A stretch of 64,000 bases of DNA from an uncultured Armatimonadetes bacterium. Lineage in GTDB: Bacteria; Armatimonadota; Hebobacteria; Hebobacterales; Hebobacteraceae. The stretch is taken from NCBI GenBank assembly GCA_963716175.1, contig OY970296.1, positions 1,888,001 through 1,952,000 of the forward strand, given 5' to 3'. Under the pieces are notes generated by a model. The model did not search any database. It saw nothing but the letters and a program-made list of their open reading frames with translations, and was not told the origin of the DNA. The position numbers and the translations under genes were made by a program. Of the stretch, positions 29,876 to 39,467 are shown one piece after another (within the stretch, counting starts at the first letter, position 1; the number at the start of each line of letters is the position of its first letter).

Positions 29876-29946
29876 CCGCCGAAGCATCCCGTGTGGTCGC
29901 CCCGGCCACCCCCTCGACTTGGAGTCAGCGGCCGGAGCTCCGTCGC
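29876..29946 (+). repeat. Hairpin repeat copy 5 (5' arm deleted)
   Basis: ccgccgaagcatcccgtgtggtcgcccc linker, then ccccctcgacttggagtc. Confidence 0.75.
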
Positions 29947-30311
29947 ATATGCGCTAAGCGTACTTCCCAGGAGAGAACGGCTTCCGCAGGCGCCGCCCAG
30001 GTTCTCATATGGTAGAGTGTCTGGGAGTCACCGGCAGGCCAGCAGGGCTGTCACCGATGTGCCATCGCCACTGAACATGAACACTCTAACCGCCTCGCTT
30101 CCGCTCCAGACGCGCGAGTGCGCTGACGTGTGAGCGGGGTATAGCGCGGATGCGGCGCGCTACGGCAATCCTCCGACGAATGTTTCCACCCGCACCATAG
30201 TCTTCCCCTGCTCGCGAGGAACGCCCGGACAGAGCTTCTCGGGAGCACACCGACAGGCTTCCGAACCCAATAGCAGAACTCATCTGTGTGATCTCCCGGA
30301 AAGGTATCTCT

Positions 30312-32252
30312 ATGAAGCATCTGGCCTGGGTTATCTGCGCTCTGACATGCCTCTGTGCGCTGACCGCTCCTGGCGCCCACGCCGCGACGTCCGCCGCCCC
30401 CCTGCGAGCGAAGGCCAGCAGGAGCTTCTACATGGGCGAGGCGCAGGCCGAGTTGATCCTGCTTGGCGACGAGAGCCTGACCGCCAAGCGCGAGCTGCGG
30501 GCCGACGTCTTCGCCGGTGAGAGGCAGCTGGCGCAGGGCGTCCGGCCAGTCGTGGGCCGGCGCGTCATCGTACCTTTCGATCTGACCGCGCTGCCCATGG
30601 GCGAGACCGAGGTGACGTGTGTGCTGAAGGGGACCGGGGAGGAGCGGCGCGTCAGCGCGCTTGTCACCAAGCTCGAGCCCAAAGCCGGTGCGGTGCAGAT
30701 CGACTACGTGGGCGGGGGACTGATCGTAGATGGGCTCCCCTTCTTCCCGTTCGGGTTCTACTGCGAGCCGCCGGCCCAACTGAATCAGCTGGAGGAGGAG
30801 GTGGTGAGGGGATTCAACGCGGTGTCGCCGCCCCTGCCCAACGGTCCTGCCGGCGTGGCGGAGCGCCTCAGGTACCTCAATCGCGCCGCTCAGCTGGGGA
30901 TGAGGGTCAACTACCCGCTGGGCAGCATCTCCGTTCTGGGCTCTGGGCCCGATGCCGTTGCGCGGGAGCAGGCCCTGCGCCAAGAGGTGGAGGGAGTTCG
31001 CGACCACCCCGGCCTGCTCGGGTGGTACCTGTGCGACGAACCGGATGGGAACAAGATAGCGCCGGAGGAGTTGGCGCGCAGCTACCGCATCGTGCGCGAA
31101 CTCGACCCCTATCACCCCATCACCATGGTCTTCATGGCCCCGGAGCCCGCGAAGCAGTTCGCCGCGGCCACCGATGTCGTGATGACCGATCCTTATCCTA
31201 TCCCCGATGACCCGGTTACCGACGTACACAGGGCCATTGCCCTACTCGTGTCAGAGTTCGGCGGAGAGAAGCCCGTCTGGCTGGTTCCGCAGGCCTTCGG
31301 TGGCAATGAGTGGTGGGAGCGAGAGCCCACCGCGGCCGAGGAGCGGGTGATGACCTACCTGGGTCTGATCGACGGGGCCACGGGAGTGGTGTACTACGTG
31401 CGTCATGGGCTCAACGGGTTCCCGAAGTCAACCATCACCTGGGGCGAGTGTAGCCGGCTCGCGCTGGAGGGGGCCGAGCTGTCCCCGGCGCTGCTCTCTC
31501 ATGAAGCACGACCGCGGGCGAAGAGTTCAGCCGACTCCATTCACGTCGGCGCCTGGCGGGACCGCGGCATGATCTACGTGCTCGCGGCCAACACCGAGAA
31601 CCGTCCACAGATGATGCGCCTGGAGGTGGAGGGGGTCACGGGGAGGGGCGAGGCGAAGGTGATCTTCGAGAATCGCACCGTGTCTTTCGCCCGGGGCGTG
31701 GTCAGGGACATGATCGACGCCTACGGGACGCGGGCCTACCGGATCCCGATTGGCCCCATGCCCGCGGAGGATCTCACCGTCGATCCGCGGAACCTGATCG
31801 TGAACCCCAGCTTCGAGGAAAACCCGAACACAGGTGCGCCGGAGGGATGCTACGCGAACATAGGCGCCGCGCGGGGAGTCACCTACTTCACCGACTCTCG
31901 CGTCGCGCGCCACGGCGGGCACTCCGTCCGGCTGGCGGTGCCCGAGGAAGGACAGCGCGTCTGCCTCGACCTCTACCCGGCCCCGGTCACCCAGGGGAAG
32001 ACCTATCGGTTCTCCGTGTGGGCGAAGGCCGCGGCGCCGCGCACCGCGGGCGGGCCGTGGCCACAGCTGCTCCTGGAGCTTCAGGGCGTGACGGGAAAGC
32101 AATTCACCCTCACCGAGGAGTGGCAGCCGTACGCGATCGAAGGCCCCGTGAACAGCAAGCGGCGGCGCCTGGAGGCCAGCGTAGGCCTCGTGAGTCCCGG
32201 CACCGCGTGGATCGATCTGGTGGAACTGGTCGAGCAGCAAGCAGCTCAGTAG
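30312..32252 (+). CDS. Secreted glycoside-hydrolase-like TIM-barrel protein with C-terminal CBM4/9
   Basis: Signal peptide, DGLPFFPFGFY, HPGLLGWYLCDEP, TDPYP, NLIVNPSFE. Confidence 0.7.
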   Translation: MKHLAWVICALTCLCALTAPGAHAATSAAPLRAKASRSFYMGEAQAELILLGDESLTAKRELRADVFAGERQLAQGVRPVVGRRVIVPFDLTALPMGETEVTCVLKGTGEERRVSALVTKLEPKAGAVQIDYVGGGLIVDGLPFFPFGFYCEPPAQLNQLEEEVVRGFNAVSPPLPNGPAGVAERLRYLNRAAQLGMRVNYPLGSISVLGSGPDAVAREQALRQEVEGVRDHPGLLGWYLCDEPDGNKIAPEELARSYRIVRELDPYHPITMVFMAPEPAKQFAAATDVVMTDPYPIPDDPVTDVHRAIALLVSEFGGEKPVWLVPQAFGGNEWWEREPTAAEERVMTYLGLIDGATGVVYYVRHGLNGFPKSTITWGECSRLALEGAELSPALLSHEARPRAKSSADSIHVGAWRDRGMIYVLAANTENRPQMMRLEVEGVTGRGEAKVIFENRTVSFARGVVRDMIDAYGTRAYRIPIGPMPAEDLTVDPRNLIVNPSFEENPNTGAPEGCYANIGAARGVTYFTDSRVARHGGHSVRLAVPEEGQRVCLDLYPAPVTQGKTYRFSVWAKAAAPRTAGGPWPQLLLELQGVTGKQFTLTEEWQPYAIEGPVNSKRRRLEASVGLVSPGTAWIDLVELVEQQAAQ

Positions 32253-32644
32253 CCTGAGCCTCACCAGGGGTGATGAGCTGGCCCCCACGGGCGGGCGCCA
32301 AGGTGCTCGCCGCAGGGGCTATCTTACTCGGTGGCGGCTCGGGCACGCGCGGGCGCGGCCGTCTGGGCGCGCACCGTAGGACCGATGCGTCTACGCAGCG
32401 CACGTGGCGTCCGGGCGGGCGCAGACGCAGGAAGCAGGGCGTAGGTTCGCGTGCAGACCATACTCGAGGGAGGCCGGCACGCCTCGGCTCAGGATCACTC
32501 TCCGGCGCGCCGCCGCGCAGGTGCAGAGAGACCGCGTGTGGCACGGCCCCGAGGATGTTCCCCCTGTCACGACGAAGTCCTGGGGGCGACGGCCGGGAGC
32601 TGATGGCGAGCAGGACCGGATATCGGCTGACAGGAGGTCGGAGG

Positions 32645-33826
32645 ATGGCAGTGACTCGACGTGAGGCGCTCAAGAAGCTTGCCCTAGGCGCGTTCGCTGT
32701 TGCGGCGGCTCCGGTGTGGGCAGGGCAGGGGAGTCCGCCAGCAGAGCAGAAGGCGCCGCTCCCAGAGGGCACCCGACTCCCACCCCTCCCCCGACGCGGC
32801 GTCCATGTGATGGGAGGCGGTGAGGCCGCGCTGCCGGCGTTGGAGCGGCTGGTCGGCGAGGTGGCGCCGGCCCTAGGTCTGAACTGGGTGATCCTTGAAA
32901 TCGACGGCGGTTTCCAGTACGCTTCGCACCCGGAATGCGCGGACGCAAGCCCGATGACAAGAGCGAGCGCCCGGAAGCTGGCCGCGCTCGCCCGACAGAG
33001 GCAGATTGAGCTGGTGCCCATGTACAACTGCCTCGGCCACCAGTCCTGGCATGCCGATGCTGGTGCACTGCTGCGCGCCCACCCGGAGTTCAACGAGGCC
33101 CCCGACCTCGACGCCAACGCGGAGGACTTCTACTGCATGAGCTGGTGTCCGAACCATCCCGACCTGAACAAGGTGGTCTTCGGCCTGTTCGATGAGCTGA
33201 TCGACGCCTTCCAGGCAAAGGCCTTCCACGTCGGCACGGACGAGGTCTTCGTTCTCGGGCACTGCCCACGCTGTAAGGGCACGCCGAACGCCGACCTCTT
33301 CGCGAAGGCCGTGAACGATCTCCATGACCATCTGGTGGGCAAACGGCAGGTGGAGATGCAGATGTGGGGCGACCGCCTGCTCGACGGGAAGCAGACCGGC
33401 TACGGCTCCTGGGAGGCGAGTGAAAACGATACCTGGCCGGCGATCGACCAGGTGTCGAAGGACATCGTGATGTGCGACTGGCACTACGGGATGGACGTCC
33501 CCGGCTTCCCGTCTGTCCGCTTGTTCCAGGATAAGGGCTTCCGCGTCTGGCCCGCGGGCTGGAACGACGAAGCCGCGATTCGGCGTTTCGTCGAGGTCGC
33601 CCGGAAGGAAGCTGGGCCACGCATGCTCGGGTATCTCTGCACGACCTGGACGGATGTCACGCCGGTCGTGGAGGGCCTGGCGGCGCCGCCAGCGGCAAGC
33701 GAGAAGCCAGCCGTCTCGGCCACACCAGCAGCTGCCGAGACGCGCGAGGAACGCCGCAGACAGAGGTTCGGCCGGATCGTGGCCGGCGTCAGGTTGGGTG
33801 CCGGCCTGGCGCGGGGAGCAGGGTAG
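32645..33826 (+). CDS. Tat-exported GH20-family hexosaminidase-like protein
   Basis: TRREALK Tat motif, NCLGHQSW, FHVGTDEV, MWGDRL, CDWHY. Confidence 0.8.
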   Translation: MAVTRREALKKLALGAFAVAAAPVWAGQGSPPAEQKAPLPEGTRLPPLPRRGVHVMGGGEAALPALERLVGEVAPALGLNWVILEIDGGFQYASHPECADASPMTRASARKLAALARQRQIELVPMYNCLGHQSWHADAGALLRAHPEFNEAPDLDANAEDFYCMSWCPNHPDLNKVVFGLFDELIDAFQAKAFHVGTDEVFVLGHCPRCKGTPNADLFAKAVNDLHDHLVGKRQVEMQMWGDRLLDGKQTGYGSWEASENDTWPAIDQVSKDIVMCDWHYGMDVPGFPSVRLFQDKGFRVWPAGWNDEAAIRRFVEVARKEAGPRMLGYLCTTWTDVTPVVEGLAAPPAASEKPAVSATPAAAETREERRRQRFGRIVAGVRLGAGLARGAG

Positions 33827-33881
33827 CGAGCTGGCCCCCGCCGTCTGAGGCAGTCAGCGGAACGGGAGAACCAAGAACGCA

Positions 33882-34901
33882 GTGTTGGCGTCAGGCAGAC
33901 ATAACCGAACGGCTGCGCTCGTCGGGATGCTCACCGTGGTGGCGGCCGTGCTGTCCACGGAGGTGGCACTGCAGGCCAAGGGCGAGAGGGTGGTGTCCAA
34001 GCCCCTGCCGAAGGGCACCGCGACCTGGGTCTATCACTACGCGGACGGAGCCGCGCGGCAGGTGAAGCGGTTCAATAGCGCGGCGCACCGCGACACTCGC
34101 TTCCGGTACTTCTTCCCCTATGCCGGCTCTCCGAGCATCGACGCGCGTGGACGCCGGGTCACGATGCACTACGATGCGGCCGCGACCCGCGCTTACGCGC
34201 GAGCACTTCCGCCAGACGTGCTGCTGATGCCCATCGTGGATGCCCGCAACGACGATCGGGCCTTCGACGGATGGACGGAGGAGGAATACCGAGAGGCGGC
34301 GCGGCAGGTGGCGCAGTGCGTCCTGGACGACCCCCATGCAGCCGGGGTGCAGATCGATATCGAGCCCTTCTCACCGGGGCATCTCCCGTTCTACCGGAGT
34401 CTGCGAGAGCTGCTCAACGCACAAGGCAAGTACTGCACCACGTTCGTCGGCGCCTGCGACGACGAGACGCTGACGCGGCTCTTCGCCTCGTGCGATGTGG
34501 TGGTGATCTCCGGCTATGACCTCGAGGTCGAGGGCATCAGCCTGGCGCGGTACGGTCAGGTCCTGCGAGGCGCACTCGCCCGGGTCCAGCGTGCGGCCGA
34601 AGCCGCGGGCGGACACTACCTGCTGGGAATCCCGGCCGCGGCCTCCTGGGGCGAGTACGAGTACCAGGCGGGTGGCAGCGCCGAGCGGAAGGAGACGGGG
34701 GTGAAGCAAGAGCAGTACGTGCAGGCCGCACTCGACGCAGTGAAGCCGTACCGGACGCGCTCGGAATACCTCGGCCTCTCGCTCTGGCACATGTCCGATC
34801 CGGAGACCGAGCAAGAACGGCCGCAGGTGGCCACTTCGCCCACCAAGTTCCCGAACGTCATCCGGCCGAGCGTGTGGCGGCTGCTGGAGCAGTATCCGTA
34901 A
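33882..34901 (+). CDS. Secreted GH18-like barrel protein
   Basis: Signal/anchor segment, GVQIDIEP motif. Confidence 0.55.
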   Translation: MLASGRHNRTAALVGMLTVVAAVLSTEVALQAKGERVVSKPLPKGTATWVYHYADGAARQVKRFNSAAHRDTRFRYFFPYAGSPSIDARGRRVTMHYDAAATRAYARALPPDVLLMPIVDARNDDRAFDGWTEEEYREAARQVAQCVLDDPHAAGVQIDIEPFSPGHLPFYRSLRELLNAQGKYCTTFVGACDDETLTRLFASCDVVVISGYDLEVEGISLARYGQVLRGALARVQRAAEAAGGHYLLGIPAAASWGEYEYQAGGSAERKETGVKQEQYVQAALDAVKPYRTRSEYLGLSLWHMSDPETEQERPQVATSPTKFPNVIRPSVWRLLEQYP

Positions 34902-35017
34902 GCTGCGCGGCCAGACGAGGGTCCTTCGCGCCGCTCACTGCGAGGGCCAGGCGCCTTCCCTCCACTCTCCGCCGCTCTCGACACGGAGCCCCGGCGTCCC
35001 TGACTGAGGCCGTCTTC

Positions 35018-35956
35018 TCATCGGCTGATCGCGCGGTCCAGCACGCCCCAGAGGGGCTTCGTGTGGGGTACCATATCCTGGCGGAAGTACCACCAGAACA
35101 GGCCTTTGATGTAGCGCGGATGGTCGATGCGCATGGGGTAGAACTGGTCTATCAACGCCGCCTTCTGGGCCTCGGTGCCCCTGTCCATGCCCAGCTCCCC
35201 GAAGCCCAGCCTGGCCTGGGGGAAGATCTCGCCAATCCTGGCGAACTCCCGCTTCCAGTCCGGCTTGAAGTCCGGGCTGTGTTCTGGGTAGTAGCTGAAG
35301 AGGACGTAGTCGACCCCACGCCTCATGCGCAGGGGGACGTGGGCCCGCACCCAGGTATACATCTCATATTGGGCCGCCTCTGCGCACTCGGGGGGAGAGG
35401 CCGCACACCCGAGGCCCTCGTTGTACGACAGGGTCAGCACCGTCTTCTTGCCGGCGGCCTTGACGATATCGTAGGCGGCCGAGACCTTGGCCGAGACGTC
35501 GGCCGGTGGGCCCAGCCAGTTCCCGTTGACCTCGTTGCCGACCTCCCAGAGATCGACGATGCCCCCGAACGCGGCCAGGTACTCCCGGAAGAGCGCCTGG
35601 TACTGGTCGAGTGTGTAGTGCTTCACGTAGCCGGAGTCGGCCGGCTGGCCGAGGATATACGCGACCTGGTGGATCTGCTCGACGGCGTCGCGGTAGTCGG
35701 CCGGATGCATGCCGAGGTCGAAGACGATCCTGACCGTCGGCTTCCGGGAGAGCTTGCGAAGCGCGGCGATAGTTGCGGGCACGTCGCTGACGCTGTCGAC
35801 CGTGACGCCGTAGAGAGGAGCGGGGACGTTGCCCACCGCGGTGGGGGCGAGCGCCTTGGACTGGGCTCGGCCGGCGGCCGCGCACGAACCGCCACTGAGC
35901 GCGAGCAGCCCGAGGACCACCGGGCCCAGAAGAGCAACTGCAGAAGAACGAAGCAT
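35018..35956 (-). CDS. Secreted GH-like hypothetical protein
   Basis: Signal peptide, WEVGNEVNG motif; AAGGAG SD. Confidence 0.6.
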   Translation of the reverse strand: MLRSSAVALLGPVVLGLLALSGGSCAAAGRAQSKALAPTAVGNVPAPLYGVTVDSVSDVPATIAALRKLSRKPTVRIVFDLGMHPADYRDAVEQIHQVAYILGQPADSGYVKHYTLDQYQALFREYLAAFGGIVDLWEVGNEVNGNWLGPPADVSAKVSAAYDIVKAAGKKTVLTLSYNEGLGCAASPPECAEAAQYEMYTWVRAHVPLRMRRGVDYVLFSYYPEHSPDFKPDWKREFARIGEIFPQARLGFGELGMDRGTEAQKAALIDQFYPMRIDHPRYIKGLFWWYFRQDMVPHTKPLWGVLDRAISR

Positions 35957-36026
35957 AACCAACTCCTTTGCTGGCGCGCCCAGGCCGCGGTTCGGGTGGC
36001 CAAGGCCTCCTGTTCTCGCCGCGAGC

Positions 36027-37499
36027 TCACGTCCGCCAGAACACCTTCAGCCTCGTGAACAGCCGCACCAGGTAAGCGAGCAAGAGCGTGGAGAACACAG
36101 CGCCCAGCACGCCCAGCCAGGGCCACTGTGCCAGGGCGTCGAGGGGCCGGTCGAGATGGGTGAGCGCGAACAGCGGCAGCAGCAGGTTCTCGGAGCCGGC
36201 ATAGGCGATCATGGGGTTCTGGCCGGCGTCAATGAGCAGCTGCACGCGGCGGTGTTCTCGCCAGATCTCGACGGCCATGAGGAACGCAATGAGCGCAAAG
36301 ATGGCGAGTCCGCCGGCCACGAAGTAGTAGCTCAACGTGTCCGGATCCTTCTTGATGCCGCCCTCGTAGGGCTCGAGGACCAGTCCCAAGAGCAACCCGT
36401 AGGCCCCCCAGCCGAAGAGGTCCCTCACCAGCTTCTCGGTGGGCGTGGCCGGCCCCGCGACGGCCCGCCAACCGACCGCGCACAGGATGACCGCGAGCGC
36501 GGTCGTCGGCCACAGCCAGCGGGCTTGCAGTCCCACGAGCATCGCAACGATGATCACCGGCATCAGCGCCGCAATGCCGGCGACGCGGAACGCCGGCCAG
36601 GCTGGGTTGTCGGCGCCGTCGCTCTCCGGGGTCCGCTGCCAGCGCAGCAGCAGGTCACCGACCACCGTGCCAGGGAGGGTGATGAAGAGCCACTGGAGGT
36701 ACCCCAGTTGGAGCATCCAGGGCAGGGGCGAGTGGCCGTCCAGCCAGTTCACCCAGCCCGGCACCGGCGCGGAGAGCCGCAGGGCCGCAAGCACGCCCAG
36801 GCATCCCAGGCGGAGCAAGAGGTTGCCGCGGGTCACGAGCCAGAGCAGAGAGCCGAACACCGCCGCGTTGGCGAGCAGGACGATGATGATGTCACTGCGC
36901 TCGACGGAGAAACGCCTCACCCCATGGTGGCCATGGAACTGGAGGGAGGCCATGAGCAGGATGGCCCCGGCCCAGCCCACCGCCCGGATCGCCACGCGCA
37001 GGGCGAGGGGCCAGCGGTCGGGCAACCGCGTGAGGATCGGGAAGAGGAGGGCGAACCCGAGCAGGGCCAGCAGCCAGGTCGCCGTGGTGGGGTCACGGCT
37101 CAGGGTCCAGGGGCGGATGTGGGCGATGTAGAGCGCGAACGCCCCCAGCAGGAACCCCCGGGTGAGGATCTGGACGACTACCCGCCAGAACGGAACGCCT
37201 TGCGAAAGGCGGCGGGAGAGGGCGAGCGGGATCGCCGCGCCCATCGCGAAGAGGAAGAACGGAAAGACCAGGTCGGTCCAGGTGAGCCCGGCGAGGTGGG
37301 GGTTGAAACGGTGGAGCGGCGGAGGGTCCTGGGCGTGGTACATCCACGCTGGCAGCCCACGCTCCGGAATGGTCCCCGACATCACCATTCCCAGGATGGC
37401 GAGGCCCCGCAGCGCGTCAAGCGCGTGGGCGCGTCCCCCTCTCGGGGACGGGGCTGGAACGGCCTCGGCAGCAACTGCCTCTGAGCGGAGCTCGGCCAT
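36027..37499 (-). CDS. DUF5009 / heparan-alpha-glucosaminide N-acetyltransferase-like membrane protein
   Basis: LDALRG, TWTDLVFPFFLFAMG, GIKKDP, GQNPMIAY. Confidence 0.85.
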   Translation of the reverse strand: MAELRSEAVAAEAVPAPSPRGGRAHALDALRGLAILGMVMSGTIPERGLPAWMYHAQDPPPLHRFNPHLAGLTWTDLVFPFFLFAMGAAIPLALSRRLSQGVPFWRVVVQILTRGFLLGAFALYIAHIRPWTLSRDPTTATWLLALLGFALLFPILTRLPDRWPLALRVAIRAVGWAGAILLMASLQFHGHHGVRRFSVERSDIIIVLLANAAVFGSLLWLVTRGNLLLRLGCLGVLAALRLSAPVPGWVNWLDGHSPLPWMLQLGYLQWLFITLPGTVVGDLLLRWQRTPESDGADNPAWPAFRVAGIAALMPVIIVAMLVGLQARWLWPTTALAVILCAVGWRAVAGPATPTEKLVRDLFGWGAYGLLLGLVLEPYEGGIKKDPDTLSYYFVAGGLAIFALIAFLMAVEIWREHRRVQLLIDAGQNPMIAYAGSENLLLPLFALTHLDRPLDALAQWPWLGVLGAVFSTLLLAYLVRLFTRLKVFWRT

Positions 37500-37635
37500 A
37501 GTCGCGCGATCCCGGAACCGACGTCCTCGACTCCGTAGTTCGTCAGCGCTCGGGCACACCCTCTGTTCGGCGGCCCCGCCCGCGCCCGCCACCGCGCCCC
37601 AACCACGGATCGGCCGCGCCCTGCCTCCCGATCGG

Positions 37636-38300
37636 TCAGGGGTAGCGGTCGCTCGGAACGATGGCGTAGATCCGCTCCTGGGTGAGCAACCCGTCGAGCA
37701 GGTCCCGCGGGTACTCCTTCCCACCGACTTCCACCGGCGCCAAGCCCAGCGCGGTCCACTCTTCCCCGGCCGACACCCAAGCTTCGTGCTGTAAGTGAGC
37801 GCCGCCGCTGGTGTCTGTGATGAACCACCCGTAGTCTCGGAGGGCGCGGGCCAGGGTGCGCGCGTAGCGCCGCATCCCCTCGGGTAACTCGGGGGGTAGG
37901 CCCTTGAGCCAGAGGTCGATGTCGCGGTCGGTCACCGAAAGGGCGAACCGCATCCCCTCCGGAATGCCGTCCGGACGATCAGGGTGCTCCAGCTTGGTCG
38001 CAGGCGGGAGGAAGAGCTTGCCGCTCGTGTTCCGGATGGGCATGGAGAGGGCGTGGCGGATCTCGCCCTGCGCGATCTCCTCGGGCCGCACCAGCATGGC
38101 GAGATACTGGATACCGACCCCGCGGGAGGACTTGAAGCCGTCCTCCTTCGTGCGGTAGTCGCCGTTCACGAAGTTGGCGTCGGAGGCCTCGATCACCCTA
38201 TCTTCGAAACTGACCTGCCAGAAGTCCCACTCGCGGCCGGTCTTCGGGTCGAGCACGATCACCTGGCCATCCGTGCCCGGTGCCGGCTGCCGCCGGGTCC
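37636..38300 (-). pseudogene. 5'-truncated hypothetical gene
   Basis: Coding-like PGTDGQVIVLDPKTGREWDFW...EIRHAL...ALRDYG begins mid-domain with no clear start. Confidence 0.5.
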
Positions 38301-38359
38301 AGTGTCCGCACTACCTTCCCCTCCCCCCTGAACACGGGTGCCCAGCCTTCCTCGTGCGC

Positions 38360-38832
38360 TCACCGGTCTGTGAGCTCCGGCAGGTACCTGGCTATGCGCT
38401 CGCGGATGACGCCGAGGTGGTGGTCGGGGAAGTCGTCGTTCACAGCGACTCCGGCCAAGGGGAGCCGGTTCTCGGCGAACAGCGCGATTCGCCAGATTTG
38501 GCGGGCGACGATGAACCACCGGATGCCTTCCCGAGTCGCCCCGGAGAGAGCGCGGATCTCCTGGTACCCCCGGCAGAAGGCTTCCCACTGCGCATCCTCT
38601 CTGCAGTACAGCCGGCAGACGGAGAGGTCGTAGGCGCGCCAGCCCGGGCCGCCGCAGTCGAAGTCGAAGACGCGTAGGGTGCCATCGGCATCCTGACGGG
38701 CATTGCCGCCGTGGAAATCGCCATGGCAGAAACCCCACTCCAATCCGCCGAGCTGCGGCTCCAGTCCGGCGCGCAGCTCGCCGGCCACCAACTCAACGAA
38801 GGCCGCATCGGCAGGACGGTGCGCCAGGTAGG
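38360..38832 (-). pseudogene. C-terminal fragment of APH/homoserine-kinase-like phosphotransferase
   Basis: HGDFHGGN and FDFD motifs; the N-terminal part is replaced by the IS110 stub. Confidence 0.7.
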
Positions 38833-39004
38833 GGAGGATCCCAGGTCGTGTACTTCTCCGCTCGCAGGATCGAAGCAACCCATCCGAGAAAAACGCTGGT
38901 GTACGTCCAGTCCAATCCAGATCATCGTCGGTCTCCTCCTGATGAGAGTGTTTGTACTTCGAGCACCTTTCAACACCAACAGGGGGAGACCGTCTTATGA
39001 TAGT
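38833..39004 (-). mobile_element. IS110/IS1111-family left end plus about 29 codons of transposase
   Basis: AGGAGG SD, ATG 38925, MIWIGLDVHQRFSRMG (DEDD RuvC N-terminus); short left end with ataagacggtctccc. Confidence 0.75.
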
Positions 39005-39007
39005 CAA

Positions 39008-39224
39008 CCGCTCGTGAAACCGGCCTGAGGGCACCCTCGACTCCGGCTACCCCCTCGGCTGGGAGTCAGTGGTCGGGGTTTGGTCGCCATGCAGGCAAGC
39101 GCACTGCCCAACGCGAAAGCGGCGCCCGAAGGCGCCGGACCCTGGCTTCAGATGATACAGGAGTAGGACCGCGCTCTCAACCCTAGCGTGCACTCAGGCC
39201 GGTTTCACGGGCGGGTGAGAGGCA
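39008..39224 (+). repeat. Hairpin repeat copy 6 with both terminal arms
   Basis: ccgctcgtgaaaccggcctgag (39008) pairs with ctcaggccggtttcacgggcgg (39193); core 39039-39067. Confidence 0.9.
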
Positions 39225-39467
39225 CACCCTGGAGCGGTACGGTGCGGGGCAGACCGTCCTGACGCCCTACCACTGGAGGGGGTTCGGCTTCCGGGGCGAA
39301 TGGACGGGTGACCCAATCGGCGCCGCCTCTGGTCTAACAGCAGACGACAACGACGACGGCGGCGTAGAAGACGAGGTTGGGGTTTCTGTCGGCGGTCGCC
39401 GACTGTCATACGTCTTTCGGGACGGCGGCTGTGTCCCCGTCGCCAGTACGTGTGAGGGGAGGAAGAG

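Noticed and set aside
29222-30133. ORFs carrying PDSGYPLG / PRLRLPPRLG / TPATPSA peptides (also 57514-58104, 45230-45979)
   Set aside because: Translations of the non-coding repeat in different frames with no conserved frame or start
35627-35640. Minus-strand 14-bp match to the hairpin core (gtagccggagtcgg)
   Set aside because: It lies inside a CDS (encodes ADSGY) and lacks the loop and second arm; likely chance
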